DNA from: Octopus sinensis
Lineage: Eukaryota
Length of the DNA stretch: 64,000 nucleotides
Direction: 5' to 3'
Assembly: GCF_006345805.1 (NCBI RefSeq)
Contig: NC_043014.1
Location: 14,198,001-14,262,000 of the forward strand
Below the pieces are notes generated by a model that was given only the letters and a program-made list of their open reading frames with translations, searched no databases and was not told where the DNA came from. The position numbers and the translations under genes are program-made. Shown here piece after piece: positions 11,623 through 22,290 of the stretch; position 1 is the stretch's first letter, and each line of letters starts with the position of its first letter.

Positions 11623-13642
11623 CATCATCATCATCATCATCATTTAGCGTCCGTTTCCATGCTAGCATGGTTGGACGGTTCTACTGGGGTCTGTGAAGCC
11701 AGAAGCTTCATCAGGCCCAGTCAAATCTGGCAGTGTTTCTACGGCTGGATGCCCTTCCTAACGCCAACCACTCCGTGAGTGTAGTGGGTGCTTTTTACGT
11801 GCCACCCGCACTGGTGCCAGACAGAGCTGGCAAACGGCCACGAACGGATGGTGCTTTTTATGTGCCACCGGCACGAGGGCCAGGCGAGGCTGGCAACGGA
11901 CACGAAACGGGGCGGTGCTGGCAACGGTCGCGAAACGGAAAGTTCTCTTACATGCCACCGGCACTGGTAACACATCTGCAATTTCCATTCATCGATTTCG
12001 ATTCTGATCCTCACTTGCCTCAATGGGTCTTCACAAGCAGAGTTTCGACATGCCACCGGCACTGGTAGCACATCCGCAATTTCCATTGATCGATTTCGAT
12101 TCTGATCCTCACTTGCCTCAACACGTCTTCACAAGTAGAGTTTTGTGTCCCAAGAAGGGAAGGTATGCATACGTAGGCTGGCTCCATCCCATGTAGAGGC
12201 CAGGGGTTGTGGACTCACTTGTCCTGCCGGGTTCTTCTCGCGCACAGCACACTTCCAGAGGTCTCGGTCTCTAGTCATTTCCTCAGTGAGACCTAAAGTT
12301 CGAAGGTCGTGCTTCACCACCTCGTCCCAGGTTTTCCTGGGTCTGCCTCTTCCACAGGTTCCTCAACCGCTAGGGTGTGGCACTTTTTCACACAACTATC
12401 TTCATCCATTCTCGCCACATGACCATACCAGCGCAAACGTCTCTCTTGCACACCACAACTGATGCTTCTTAGGTCCAGCTTTTCTCTCAAGGTACTTACA
12501 CTCTGCCGAGTGTGAGTACCGGCATTACACATCCATCGGAGCATACTGGCTTCATTTCTAGCGAGCTTACGCATATCCTCAGCAGTCACGGCCCATGTTT
12601 CACTGCCATGTAGCATGGCTGTTCGTACACACGCATCATACAGTCTGCCTTTCACTCTGTGCGAGAGGCCTTTTGTCACCAGCAGAGGTAAGAGCTCTCT
12701 GAACTTTGCCCAAGCTATTCTTACTCTAGCAGTTACACTTTCAGCACACCCACCCCCGCTGCTGACTTGGTCACCTAGGTAACGGAAACTATCAACTATT
12801 CTAGTTTTTCTCCCTGGAAAGTGACGGAAGTTGGTCTCAGAGCATTTTCAGTGTTTTTGTTCCTGAGCATCTGCCACATACAAAAACCATCTCCTAGTTA
12901 GCCTTCCTTTGACATTGCTGCATCTCTTATGTGTCCATAGCTTACACTTGGTGCATCTTATAGAGTTTCTACCTACACCTTTTCTACAGATCGAGCAGGC
13001 CATCTACCTGAAGGTGTTTGTGATTTGTCTACCTTCCTACTGATTACGACTTTGGTTTTAGCTAGATTGACTCTGAGGCCCTTCGATTCTAATCCTTGTT
13101 TCCACACCTGAAACTTCTCCTCCAGTTCTGATAGCGACTCAGCAATTAGAGCAAGGTCATCAGCATAGAGGAGCTCCCAAGGGCATCCTGTCTTGAATTC
13201 CTCCGTTATTGCCTGGAGGACTATGATAAATAGGAGGGGGCTGAGTACTGAGCCTTGGTGACCCCTACCTCTACCCGGAATTCTTCACTGTACTCATTTC
13301 CAACCCTCACCCTACTAGCGGCGTCCCTATACATGGCCCGCACAGCTCTCACTAACCATTCATCTATCCCTAGTTTTCTCATTGCCCACCAGATAAGGGA
13401 TCGGGGGACCCTGTCGAAGGCTTTCTCCATGTCAACAAAAGCCAGGTACAGGGGCTTATCTTTGGCTAGGTATTTCTCCTGCAGCTGCCTTACCAGGAAT
13501 ATAGCATCAGTAGTACTTTTCCCTGGCACAAACCCAAACTGCATCTCATCTAAACTAACTCTCTCTCTAATTAGTTGGGCTATGACCCTCTCCGTAACCT
13601 TCATCACCTGGTCCAACAGCTTGATACCTCTGTAGTTATTTG
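11623..13642 (-). mobile_element. 5'-truncated RTE-clade LINE with reverse transcriptase domain (frameshifted)
   Basis: Minus strand encodes NYRGIKLL, QFGFVPGKSTTDAIF, FVDMEKAFDRVP and LLYADD (YADD at 13167-13156), plus the same C-terminus as 3154-3663. The (GAT)n tail is at 11623-11643. Confidence 0.93.
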
Positions 13643-14037
13643 TTAGAAATAGCTTTAAAAAAGTTTTTTAGCTGCTATTTCTAATGAGTTCAGTATGCGG
13701 CAAAGTAATTTATTTTACTAAGCCCTTTTATATAATGTAATAATTTGAATTCGCCTTGAATGGTCCCTTTGCATACTGAACACTTGGTGAAATTGATTAA
13801 TAATTAATTAATTTTGCCCTCAATTGTTGAAATTATAATTAATCTCCCTCTGATTAATGCTTCGGATTTTACGAAATAAGCATAGTGTTTGATGATTTTA
13901 ACCCACGCTGGTGGAAAGGGGAGAACAGAGATTCTTCGCTTGCTTATTTGAATTTGTGGCACTGTTAGTTACGAGCAGATCTTCGAAAGGGTATGTTCTT
14001 ATTTTCAGTGTTTCCAAATCCAAACCAAGGAATTTCT

Positions 14038-14087
14038 GAGCTGATGATAGAAGTGTTGTTTTGACTAATCTTGAAACGTACGTTCTC
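14038..14087 (+). ncRNA. HHR motif, array copy 4 (predicted cleavage after 14084)
   Basis: Identical motif to copy 3. Confidence 0.7.
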
Positions 14088-14574
14088 AAATAACCTTAGC
14101 ATTTGATTTTTCGATGTCCTTACCCCCAAACTTTTGTGAGTTGAATTAAGCAAACACTATATATGAGAGAGATTTTCTTTAAGTATTAGAAATAGCTTTA
14201 AAAAGTTTTTTAGCTGCTATTTCTAATGAGTTCAGTAGGCGGCAAAGTAATTTATTTTACTAAGCCTTTTATATAATGTAATAATTTGAATTCGCCTTGA
14301 TGGTCCCTTGCATACTGAACCTTGGTGAAATTGATTAATAATTAATTAATTTTGCCCTCAATTGTTGAAATTAATTATCTCCCTCTGATTAATGCTTCGG
14401 ATTTTACCGAAATAAGCATAGTGTTTGATGATTTTAACCCACGCTGGTGGAAAGGGGAGAACAGAGATTCTTCGCTTGCTTATTTGAATTTGTGGGCACT
14501 GTTAGTTACGAGCAGATCTTCGAAAGGGTATGTTCTTATTTTCAGTGTTTCCAAATCCAAACCAAGGAATTTCT

Positions 14575-14624
14575 GAGCTGATGATAGAAGTGTTGTTTTG
14601 ACTAATCTTGAAACGTACGTTCTC
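14575..14624 (+). ncRNA. HHR motif, array copy 5 (predicted cleavage after 14621)
   Basis: Identical motif, 537 nt downstream of copy 4. Confidence 0.7.
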
Positions 14625-14828
14625 AAATAACCTTAGCATTTGATTTTTCGATGTCCTTACCCCCAAACTTTTGTGAGTTGAATTAAGCAAACACTATATG
14701 AGAGAGATTTTCTTTAAGTATTAGAAATAGCTTTAAAAAAGTTTTTTAGCTGCTATTTCTAATGAGTTCAGTATGCGGCAAAGTAATTTATTTTACTAAG
14801 CCCTTTTATAATAATATATATATTATAT

Positions 14829-14879
<51 letters not shown>

Positions 14880-15284
14880 GATGGGCTTCTTTCGGTTTCC
14901 GTCTACCAAATCCACTCACAAGGCTTTGGTCGACCCGAGGCTACAGTAGAAGACACTTGCCCAAGGTGCTACACAGTGGGGCTGAACCCAGAACCATGTG
15001 GTTGTTAAGCAAGCTACTTACCACACAGCCACTCCTACGCCTATATACTACACTATATAAAAAAAAATGGCATGGTTGCAACTGCAGCCTTTTTCAGAGC
15101 CGTGCAAGATCTAGAACTTAGTACAAATCATGGTAATGGAAAACAAGTATGAATGCGTGATTAAGACATTTGCTTTGTAAAAATGTAGTTTTTGGTTAAG
15201 TCCCACTTTAGGTGAATGTCTTCTATTATAGCTTTGGGCATTATGAGTGAATTTGGTAGACAGAAACTGTGTGGAAGTCCAGCA

Positions 15285-15345
<61 letters not shown>

Positions 15346-15996
15346 GTCTGTCTGTCTCTCTCTCTCTCTATCTATCTATTTATCCGTCTCTCTCTCCCCC
15401 TCCCTCCCCCTCTCTCTAACGTGTATATATCTGTGTGTGTCCCACTGATTAGTTAGCAACTGTTGTTGATTTGTTTGACCAAAACCCCCTTCAAGGCGGT
15501 ACTCCAGCATGACCGCTGTTCACTGAATGAAACAATTAAAAGGTAGAATATAGAAGATGCGTTCTATCCCAACTTGTGACAGCAATTGTGAAGATTGTAA
15601 AAAAGACAAAATTATAAGTCGTTGTAAGGGAGATAATTCCAATTGGTATCGTTAAGCAAGGGAGATAACTCCATTAATAATCGCATTTTCTCTTAATACC
15701 GAAGTTTTGTGTTCTAAGTGTGTACATTGCTATTGTTTTTTTGTTTTTTTTTAATGACGGTGCTAGAATTTGAACTCAAAACACTATACTATCTATCTAG
15801 ATACAATGAAGTATTAAATATCTTGTTCTGTCATCATATATTTGAGTTGTATATTAAAATTAAATTTCATTAACTGAACGTGGTTTCATAAGTGCAGGTG
15901 TGAAATTTGTTCACAGGTGCAAACCCAGGTGTGAAATTTATTACAAACAAGGTCGATTTCTTTCAGCCTTAACAGAACAGTTTCTTGAGCATTTTC

Positions 15997-16035
<39 letters not shown>

Positions 16036-16109
16036 TATTATATTAGTACATCAACAAATCCAGATAAATCCAATAATGGAAAACTAATGGAAAATGTGGT
16101 ATCATTTTG

Positions 16110-16390
16110 AGCACTTTTACATCTTGGGGTTAGTAGCCCGCGCTCTTAACCCCAAGATTCTGAGTTTGATTCCAAGCAGTGACCTGAACACTAATAATAA
16201 TAATAATAGTAATAACATTGAAAAATACCTTAGGAATGAGAACCTAGGTTTGAAATTTCCCCAAGACACCTGAAGAAGGCTGGAGAGTATATCAGCCGAA
16301 ACATTGTGTTAACAACAAACAATATGAGGACAAATATCCATCGAATGTAAATAATGTACATAATTCCTCATCTCTTAAATATAGAACTGT
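16110..16390 (+). mobile_element. tRNA-like head + (TAA)n + HHR-containing body (SINE-like)
   Basis: The head ggttagtagcccgcgctcttaaccccaagattctgagtttgattcc has a B-box-like motif, followed by the HHR at 16265-16310. Confidence 0.55.
16265..16310 (+). ncRNA. Minimal type I HHR motif in a tRNA-head element
   Basis: GACAC-CUGAAGA-A-GGCUG(GAGAGUAUAU)CAGCC-GAA-ACAU-U-GUGUU. Stem I GACAC/GUGUU, perfect 5-bp stem II; stem III is one transition from the palindrome ACGU. Confidence 0.72.
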
Positions 16391-16457
16391 TTCATTATTT
16401 TATCGTCCAGAATTCATTTACTAATCTTTTTATTCATTATTTCAATTTGTTCTTCAG

Positions 16458-16540
16458 GCTATGAAGTATTTGTCATATGTACTCTATCCTCTATGTATAT
16501 GTGGTGCTATATATTCCTTAATATACATCCAATATAAAAG
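16458..16540 (+). CDS. CLPTM1L: CLPTM1L exon: AMKYLSYVLYPLCICGAIYSLIYIQYK(S)
   Basis: ttcag/gtaaga boundaries, AMKYLSY.LYPLC..GA.YSL motif. Confidence 0.95.
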
Positions 16541-16669
16541 GTAAGAATCTGATGTTGATTTCTTTTACAATGAATAAATAAATAAATGCTTATTTTCTAA
16601 TTTTGTTTCTCTTTCTAATCCTATTGCCTTTATGATTTGATTAAGACAAAATTAATTCTGTAATTTCAG

Positions 16670-16704
16670 TTGGTATTCCTGGTTTATCAATTCTCTAGTA
16701 AATG
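16670..16704 (+). CDS. CLPTM1L: CLPTM1L exon: (S)WYSWFINSLVN(G)
   Basis: ttcag/gtaaga boundaries, 35 nt, phases 2/1 consistent with both neighbours, SWYSW motif. Confidence 0.93.
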
Positions 16705-18347
16705 GTAAGATATATTTTTTTTCGCTTCTTTTTTATTTTATAGTGAGACTGCTGCAGTTTTATTGAAACACTCTTGTTAGTGTTTTTTTGTTTATGCTGG
16801 TATGTTATGTACCGTTGACTTAAATATATCTGAATAAAAAATGTTTTTCTTGGGTGATTCTTCTAGAACTATCTTATCCAATGTTTCCAGTTTTAAGATA
16901 GCAGGGAATTATTTGAGGGTGTTTGGATGCTATTTCTAGAATGCTGAGCTGCCATGTTGAGTTAAGGATCTGTTGTTGGTAGCTAGAGTAAACTGGTCAC
17001 TACTTCAGAGGAGTAGGGTCCACCACTGTCACGATGAAAAGGAGAGTGAGAAAAAAGAATACATCTATGAACTTATAGTTGAAACATGTTAGTGATTGAA
17101 TCTTTCCAAAGCGTAGGAGTAGCTGTGTGGTAAGTTGCTTGCTTACGAACCATATGGTTCCGGGTTCAGTCTCATTGCATGGCACCTTGGGCAAGTGTCT
17201 TCTACTATAGCCTCGGGAAACTGAAAGAAGCCCGTCATTAAACGATGATGATGACGATGTGTGTGTCTGGGTTTGTCCCCACAGCATCGCTTGACAATTG
17301 ATGCTGGTGTGTTTATATTCCTCTAACTGACCAGTTTGGCAAAAGAGACCAATAGAATAAGCACCAGGCTTACAAAAGAATAAGTCCTGGGGTCGATTTG
17401 CTCGATTAAAGGTGGTGCTCCAGCATGGCTGCGGTCAAATGATTGAAACAAGTAAAAGAATAAAAGAATATTAGCATGGATTTCCTTAAGCTTAAATCAT
17501 ATTTTTAAACATCCACAGTGCAGCTTGACCCTTCTTGTGTGCATCAGTGTGCTGCAGTGCACTGTTTGAGAGCTACTGGCCTAGAGTATTAGTGTGGGAA
17601 GCAGCAGCAGCACCATCTCCACTGACCTGGGCAGTACTTCAATGTGGAGTTACTTACAGTGTAGCGTGCAGCCATTTTCAAATAGTACTGCCAATTTGTG
17701 GTAGCTGGCAATATGACGTAATGTCGTATTGCTGAAGAAATATGATTGTCGTTTTCCCATTGGTTGAAATAACTGCTCATATAGGAATTCTGAAAATTAG
17801 TTAAAGAATATTTATATGTGATTTCAGTTCTTTAAAGCCAAGTTGAGCAGTTATAAAAACCCTGGATTTATTTATCTTCAACATACATGCATGCATAAAA
17901 TGTCCGTTAGCGTTTCAGAGAATATATTTCTTGCTATGACGTTTATGTAGCTGGAGTCTGGATTTATGTATAATGATAACACTTATAAGTAAGTTATAAG
18001 TGACGGGTTTATCAATATATGTCCCTACTTCAAAAGTAAAATATATTTATTTATTTCCAAATAGGAAATATATAAAAGTAGTAATTCTCCTTGCTGTGAC
18101 ATAACTTGATAGTTGTAAACAAATATCACCATCATGCAAGTGGTGTCCTTTGTTTCCAATTTTCCATGTAAACATGCCTGACCATGTGGAAATATTTTAC
18201 CTTGCTTGGAAACAGGTGAGGGTTGGTGACAGGAAGAGCATCTGACTGTAGAAAATCTGCTTCAACAAATTCTGCCCAATCCATGCGAGCATGGAAAGGT
18301 GGACACTAAAATGATGATGCTTTCACTGTGTTTTTATTTATTTGCAG

Positions 18348-18403
18348 GTGTTTATTTGTTTGGCTTTCTCTTCATGTTACCACAACTCTTTGTAAACTAC
18401 AAG
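18348..18403 (+). CDS. CLPTM1L: CLPTM1L exon: (G)VYLFGFLFMLPQLFVNYK
   Basis: tgcag/gtacag boundaries, FGFLFMLPQLFVNYK family signature. Confidence 0.95.
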
Positions 18404-18489
18404 GTACAGTTTCAAATTACTCATTACTATTTATATTAACTGTTGTTATTTCCAGTGCAGTAGTTGTGAAGGTGCATGGCTCAGTGGTT

Positions 18490-18790
18490 GTGGAGGCACA
18501 TGGCCTAGTGGTTAGAGCAGTGGACTCGCGGTCGAGGGATTGTGGGTTTGAATCTCAGACCGGGTGATGTGTGTGTTTATGAGTGAAACACCTAAGCTCC
18601 ACATGGCTTCGGCAGAAGGTAATGGCGAAATTTCTGCTGACTCTTTTGCCACAACTTTCTCTCACTCTTTCCTCCTGCATCTTGCAGCTCACCTGCGATG
18701 GACCGGTGTCCTGTCCAGGTGTGGAACCTATACGCCAAGGAAACCGGGAAACCGGCCTTTATGAGCCAAGCATGGCTCAAGAAGGAACAA
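18490..18790 (+). mobile_element. tRNA-derived SINE family A
   Basis: Head gtggaggcacatggcctagtggttagagcag, homologous to 1835-2156. Confidence 0.8.
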
Positions 18791-19924
18791 ACATGGCTCA
18801 GTGGTATGAGTGTCGAGCTTACGATCGTGTGGTTGTGAGCTCGAATCCCAGACCGGGCTGCGTGTTGTATTCTTGAGCAAGACACTTTATTTCACATTGC
18901 TCTAGTTCACTCAGCTGTAGAAATGAGTTGCGACGTCACAGGTGCCAAGCTGTATCGGTCCCTTTGCCTTTCCCTTGGATAACACTGGTGGTGTGGAGAG
19001 AGGAGGCCGGTATGCATGGGTGACTGCTGGTCTTCCATAAACAACCGTGCCCGGACTTGTGCCTCGGAGGGTAACTTTCTAGGTGCAATCCCATGGTCAA
19101 TAATGACCAAAGGAGGTCTTTATCCTTTACCCTATGTACATATAATGACATGGAGAGGGGGGGACTGGTTTACTTGGGCAACTGCTAGTCTTTCAATTAA
19201 CAACCTTGCCTGGACTTGTGCCTGGGAGGGTAACTTTCTAGGTGCAATCCCATGGTCTGTGTCGTAACCGAAGGGGATCTCAGTTGTGTGGTTAAGAAGT
19301 TTGCTTTCCAACCATGGGGGTTCAGGTTCAGTCTCACTGTGTGACATCTTAGGCAAGCATCTTTTATTATAACCCTGTGGCCTACTAAAGCCTTATGAGG
19401 GGAATTAGTAGATAGAAACTGAAAGAAGCCCTTTACATGCATGTATGAATCTATGTATGTTTGCGTCCACACATACACATATGTGTGTATGTGTGTGCAT
19501 GAGTGTGGGTGTGTGTTTGTCTCTTTGGCTTGACTTTGTGCTAAAGTTGTAAATGAGTGTCACTGTTATACTGGCGGTGTTGTTCATTTCAAGTCTTCAG
19601 TGAAAACATGTCTGATCCTGGAGAAATATTACATTGCTTAGAAACAGGTGGAGGTTGGCAACAGGAAGGGCATTTGGCTGTTGAAAAACCTGCCTGAACA
19701 AATTCCATCTGACCCATGCAAGCATGGAAAAGTGGATACTAAATGTTGGTGATGATAATGAGGAAATTGATTAAGAAGAATTCATAGACTCTGAAGTAGG
19801 GTTCTTTGGAAGGATATTTCTTTGTGAAATGATGTTATAAGTAGACAATAAGAAAGATTATCCAAAAGTTTTAATGATTGTTTTGGTTATCATAATGATA
19901 TGGTAATTTAAATAATAATCAAGA

Positions 19925-20300
19925 AATTATTGTATACAGTGCTCAGGTGCATCACAACTTGTCAAAAGTGCGTATAAAGCATATGCAGTAATGTACAAAT
20001 GTCTGGGAAGTGAACAGTGTATGAGTCAGATACATGCTTGCGTGTGTATGGAGGGGAGAAAATCAAGTGTAGTGTTGGTGAATCTCAGGAAGTTTTGAAG
20101 GATGCAGTGCTCCGATAACTAACAACTGATGCCGGCAGTCTGTTCCATACTTCAGCAACTCTTAGCGTGAAAAAATGTTTCTGAAAGTCGTGAGAGCTGT
20201 GCTGTTTTCTGACTTTGTAAACAAGTCCACAGGTGTTAGACAGGTGTGGTTTGAAAAGGTGCTCAGTTAAGTTGTGTCAGTTAAGCTTGATAGTGTTGTT
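19925..20300 (-). mobile_element. CR1/L2-like LINE 3' fragment (second copy at 22519-22800)
   Basis: Minus strand reads approximately FFTLRVAEVWNRLPASVVS...ASFK, and there is a near-identical copy 2.6 kb downstream. Confidence 0.7.
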
Positions 20301-21125
20301 GTTATATAGCCTTCAGGTTAGCTTTGATTGAGAAAACTATGACCAAAGATATTGCATCTGTCACTATTCCATCTTTTATCCATTCATAGTGTATCTTTGA
20401 TAGCAATGTCTAATATTTCCTTCATTATTTGAGATGGTAGGATGTGATTTAAAAGGGATTTGGCTGCTATTTCTGGCATGTCAAATGACTAAATCAGGTA
20501 TGGGTAATTTTTTTTAAGAAGTAGGTTGAAAAGTGGGCCACATGAGATATGGCTCATCATCAGGTGGGCACATTACTAAAAAAAAATTCAAGGTAATTTT
20601 TCGTTAGGTTTACCATTCAGAAAAGCCCTAAGGGACAAAATGCTTAGCAGAATTTCTTCCAGTTCTTTAGAATTGGAACTCAGAACAGAAAGAACAAATT
20701 CTAACAATTCTCTCTTGGACTGGAAATTTATTAGCCAATTCCAGTACTTGCCTGGTACTATTTTTTATTTGCTCAAAAGGATGATAACCAAAGTTAACTT
20801 AGGCAGTATTTGAACTCAGAATGTAAAGGGTTGTATCTGAATACAACGGAAATTTTGTTCAACGCTCTACCAATTCTACAAAACTCTTTTGTTACCATAT
20901 TTCTTTTGAGATGCTCTGTGTTCCTTTCAATTAATTCTAAATATAACAAAGAATTTAGTAAAATAACTTAGTTATCATTAAGCTAATGTTAGGAACATAA
21001 ATTGTGACTAAGGTTTGGTGGAAGATTTTAATTCAAAACTTATAAAAACAAGATATTTGTACTAGAGAGCCAGAGCCGGTTTCAGCTGAGTTAGTATCAA
21101 AAGGGTTAAATTAACCATTTGTTAA

Positions 21126-21347
21126 CCCTTTTGTTACCATATTTCTGTTGAAATGGTCTGTGTTTCTTTCAATTAATTTTAAATATAACAAAGAATTTAG
21201 TAAAATAACTTAGTTATCATTAAGCTAATGTTAGGAACATAAATTGTGACTAAGGTTTGATAGAAGATTTTAATTCAAAACTTTCAAAAACAAGATATTT
21301 GTACTAGAGAGCCAGAGGCGGTTTCAGGCAGGTTGGTAACGAAAGGG
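21126..21347. mobile_element. piggyBac-type MITE (adjacent second copy 20884-21105)
   Basis: TTAA|CCCTTT...AAAGGG|TTAA. Confidence 0.85.
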
Positions 21348-21645
21348 TTAACTCTGGATATTTACTTTCATAATTTATTGTTTTGTTCTATCATTCTTTC
21401 TGTTTTATCCAAGATGGCAAGCTGGCAGAATTGTTAGCATGCCAGACAAAATGCTTAGCTTAATTTCTTCCGGCTCTTTATATTCTGAATTCAAATATTG
21501 CTGAGGGTGACGTTGTCTTTCATCCTTTTGGGGTCAATAAAAGTACTGGTATTGATGTAAACGACCTGCTTCCTCCCCTTCAAAATTGCTGACCTTGTGC
21601 CAAAATTTGAAACCGTCATTAATATATGTATTTTTCTTTTTACAG

Positions 21646-21690
21646 TTAAAATCAGTGGCTCATCTTCCATGGAGAGCATTTATGTATAAG
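21646..21690 (+). CDS. CLPTM1L: CLPTM1L exon: LKSVAHLPWRAFMYK
   Basis: tacag/gtgagt boundaries, LKSVAHLPW signature. Confidence 0.95.
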
Positions 21691-21900
21691 GTGAGTTACA
21701 TATGTTTATGAATTTGTTTTGCAAGATTCCTGATGTGAAACCGTGTATTGAAACAAATATTGTTATATTTTGGGATGGTCATTTTTTTTCTTGCCAAATA
21801 AACATACACATCATTCTTCACTTATTTAACAAGTGAAGAACGAATATATAGTGTGTGTATTTATTTGCCCCCTCCACCCAAAAAAACAATCAACGACCAT

Positions 21901-22290
21901 AGGCGTAGGAGTAGCTGTGTGGTAAGTAGCTTGCTTACGAACCACATGGTTCCGGGTTCAGTCCCATTGCATGGCACCTTGGGCACGTGTCTTCTACTAT
22001 AGCCTCAGGCTGACCAAAGCCTTCTGAGTGGATTTGGTAGACGGAAATTGGAAGAAGCCCGTCGTATATATGTATATATGTATGTATATGTGTATGTGTG
22101 TGTATATGCTTTTGTGTCTGTGTTTGTTCCCCCAAAATTGCTCGACAACCGATGCTGGTGTGTTTATGTTCCTGTAACTTAGCAGTTCGACTTACAAAGA
22201 ATAAGTCCTGGGGTCGATTTGCTCGACTAAAGGCGGTGCTCCAGCATGGCCACAGTCAAATGACTGAAACAAGTAAAAGAATAAAGAGAG
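21901..22290 (+). mobile_element. SINE family B (AGGAGTGGCTGTGTGGTAAGTAGCTTGC head, internal TA/TG tract)
   Basis: Similar copies at ~17112-17470, 24408-24810, 25487-25990, 37196-37570, 51188-51597 and 56214-56630 (+), and ~31665-32078, 33625-33998 and 58765-59168 (-). Confidence 0.85.

Larger units (their letters stand above)
11421..14810 (+). repeat. Same ~537-bp unit in opposite orientation, ~2.5 tandem copies, interrupted by an RTE LINE at 11623-13642
   Basis: Unit sequence ...ttctttaagtatt breaks at 11622 and resumes as (t)agaaatagc... at ~13643. HHR spacing 14038 to 14575 is 537 bp. Confidence 0.92.

Noticed and set aside
10648-14690. Recurring ORF MLNSTHKSLGVRTSKNQMLRL...
   Set aside because: A ~60-aa frame starting at TTG, antisense to the HHR strand, broken by indels between copies and with no recognisable domain.
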